Below, piece after piece: positions 62,401-64,000 of a DNA stretch of 64,000 nt (positions are counted from its first letter, which is position 1; every line of letters starts with the position of its first letter). Source of the DNA: Carcharhinus amblyrhynchos. Taxonomy: Eukaryota. Made by a program: the position numbers and the translations under genes. A model generated the notes under the pieces. That model was given only the letters and a program-made list of their open reading frames with translations, was not told the origin of the DNA and made no database searches. The DNA is taken from positions 20,336,001 through 20,400,000 of the forward strand of contig OZ336882.1 of assembly GCA_965287045.1 (NCBI GenBank), written 5' to 3'.

Positions 62401-64000
62401 TTATTATTGTCACATCAGAGTCATAGAGGTTTACAGCATGAAAACAGGCCCTTTGGCCCAAGTTGTCCATGCTGCCGTTTATTTTAAATCCCTAAATTAA
62501 TCCCAATTGCCTGCATTTGGCCCATATCCCTCTATACCCATTTTATCAATGTAACTGAAAGTCAGAGGTTTACAGCATAGAAACATGTATTGGTGTACAG
62601 TGAAAAGTATTATTTCTTGCATGCTGTAGAGACAAAGCATACTGTTCATAGAGAAGGAAAGGAGATGGTGCAGAATGTAGTGTTACAGTCATAGCTAGGG
62701 TGTGGAGGAAGATCAACTTAATTCGTATTTTTTTTAATTAAAACTTCAAACAAGCCTAATTTAACTTGCTAGGCGAGCGTAAAACATTCAGTTGCTCAGA
62801 CCGTACAGCTACTGAATACATATTACAAATGTGTTGACTGCTCTTTCCTCTTTTCTGAGGATGATCAATGTTAATCTTTAGATGGAGTTTCATTGAGTCA
62901 CAGAGGGCTTCAGCTCATCGGTGGTTCTTTCCTCTGAAAATATGCAACAAGTTGCAAACTTTTTAACTGGTGAGCAAAGGTTATGTGAATGCACCACTAT
63001 CATTGCAGCAAATCCTGAACAAAGGCCACTGATAATGCAACCTTATGCCACAATTAAAAGCAGAGCTGCTAATTATTGAAAGTAACCAATCTATATTAAT
63101 AGCCTAAGATACTTGTCAATTAAAATGGCAGTCCAGTTCAATGACCTCAGTCAGAAACATGCTATTCTTAATTTCTTGCCATAGGATTTGTGAACAATAC
63201 AGATGTGGCCTATTGACACCTGCAATCTTTTTGTGTAGCCATTTCCTCAAACATAAGATAATACCCACATGTACTTGTGGAGGATAATTGACTTTTATCT
63301 TTAATGCATGTGTTGGCATGTTATTCAGATTGAACACTGCAGGAAATTCTAATAGCTGTGTTGGGTTGTGGGTTCTTTGTTACCTTCCCGATGTTTGCTT
63401 TACCTTTTATGATTTGCCCTTCTGACCTACAAAGGGTATTTTACCATTTTTCTGTTTGCTATATTTGATATGACCAGATGAGAAGGGGTGAACTGACCCC
63501 CGTCTCTTCCGTCTCCTCGGCTGGTCACAGCAACAGTTTAAGTTTCTTTTTCATTATGAAATGTCTTTTTCCAAATCAAGATGTTCTTAACTATCTAAGC
63601 CATGAGCAAAAGTAGCCAATCAAACTAGATTTTCTTGAGTCAAAGGAAGAGCAAATTTATTAACCACCAACCCTGAAAAAAAATGCAGTCATTTGGCATT
63701 CACACCCCATGCAGATATCAGAAATAAAGGATGATAGCATCCTATTTTTTATTAAGTAAAAAGAATGTATAGTTAAGCCACCTTTGATTGTTACTGAGTT
63801 AAAGATTTTAATATGCTGTGGCTGATTTGGGTTAGCAGTTTTCTTGGTTGCAGTCAGATGTAGGAGATGCTGCAATTAATACAAAATCTCGGTTTGCTGA
63901 TAGGTTTCTGATTGAATTGCTTCTTGAACCAAGTAACGCATGTGATACCACCTGTGCCAGTTGTAATCTGTCTTCAGTGACTGATCAGTCTTGCCATGAA

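Overview
Vertebrate genomic DNA, very likely from a cartilaginous fish (shark). This is inferred from HE1/V-SINE-, SacSINE1-, CR1-, Rex1/Babar- and Penelope-type repeats. Only two host coding pieces are supported, both on the + strand. The first is the terminal exon of teneurin-2 (3606-4367; ABD/Tox-GHH region ending in the TCAP-2 peptide), followed by its 3' UTR. The second, about 40 kb downstream in a CpG island, is exon 1 of a WWC/KIBRA-family gene (44188-44321; first WW domain), called WWC1 from the TENM2-WWC1 synteny known in human. The rest is intergenic or intron-1 sequence packed with decayed and often nested transposons (CR1, L2, Rex1, Penelope, Gypsy, Harbinger-like and Tc1/pogo-like MITEs, tRNA-SINEs). 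Nearly all other ORFs in the track are TE fragments or noise. I see no proven new system. The best leads are: an in-frame intronic ATG with a signal-like leader before the teneurin toxin-like/TCAP exon; uORFs plus TEAD and NRF1 motifs at WWC1; two local inverted duplications with conversion-like signatures; a TIR amplified into a minisatellite; and Penelope mini-inserts with hammerhead-like cores. Repeat boundaries were read by eye and are approximate unless a TSD or TIR is quoted. Family names come from remembered motifs, not from a database search.
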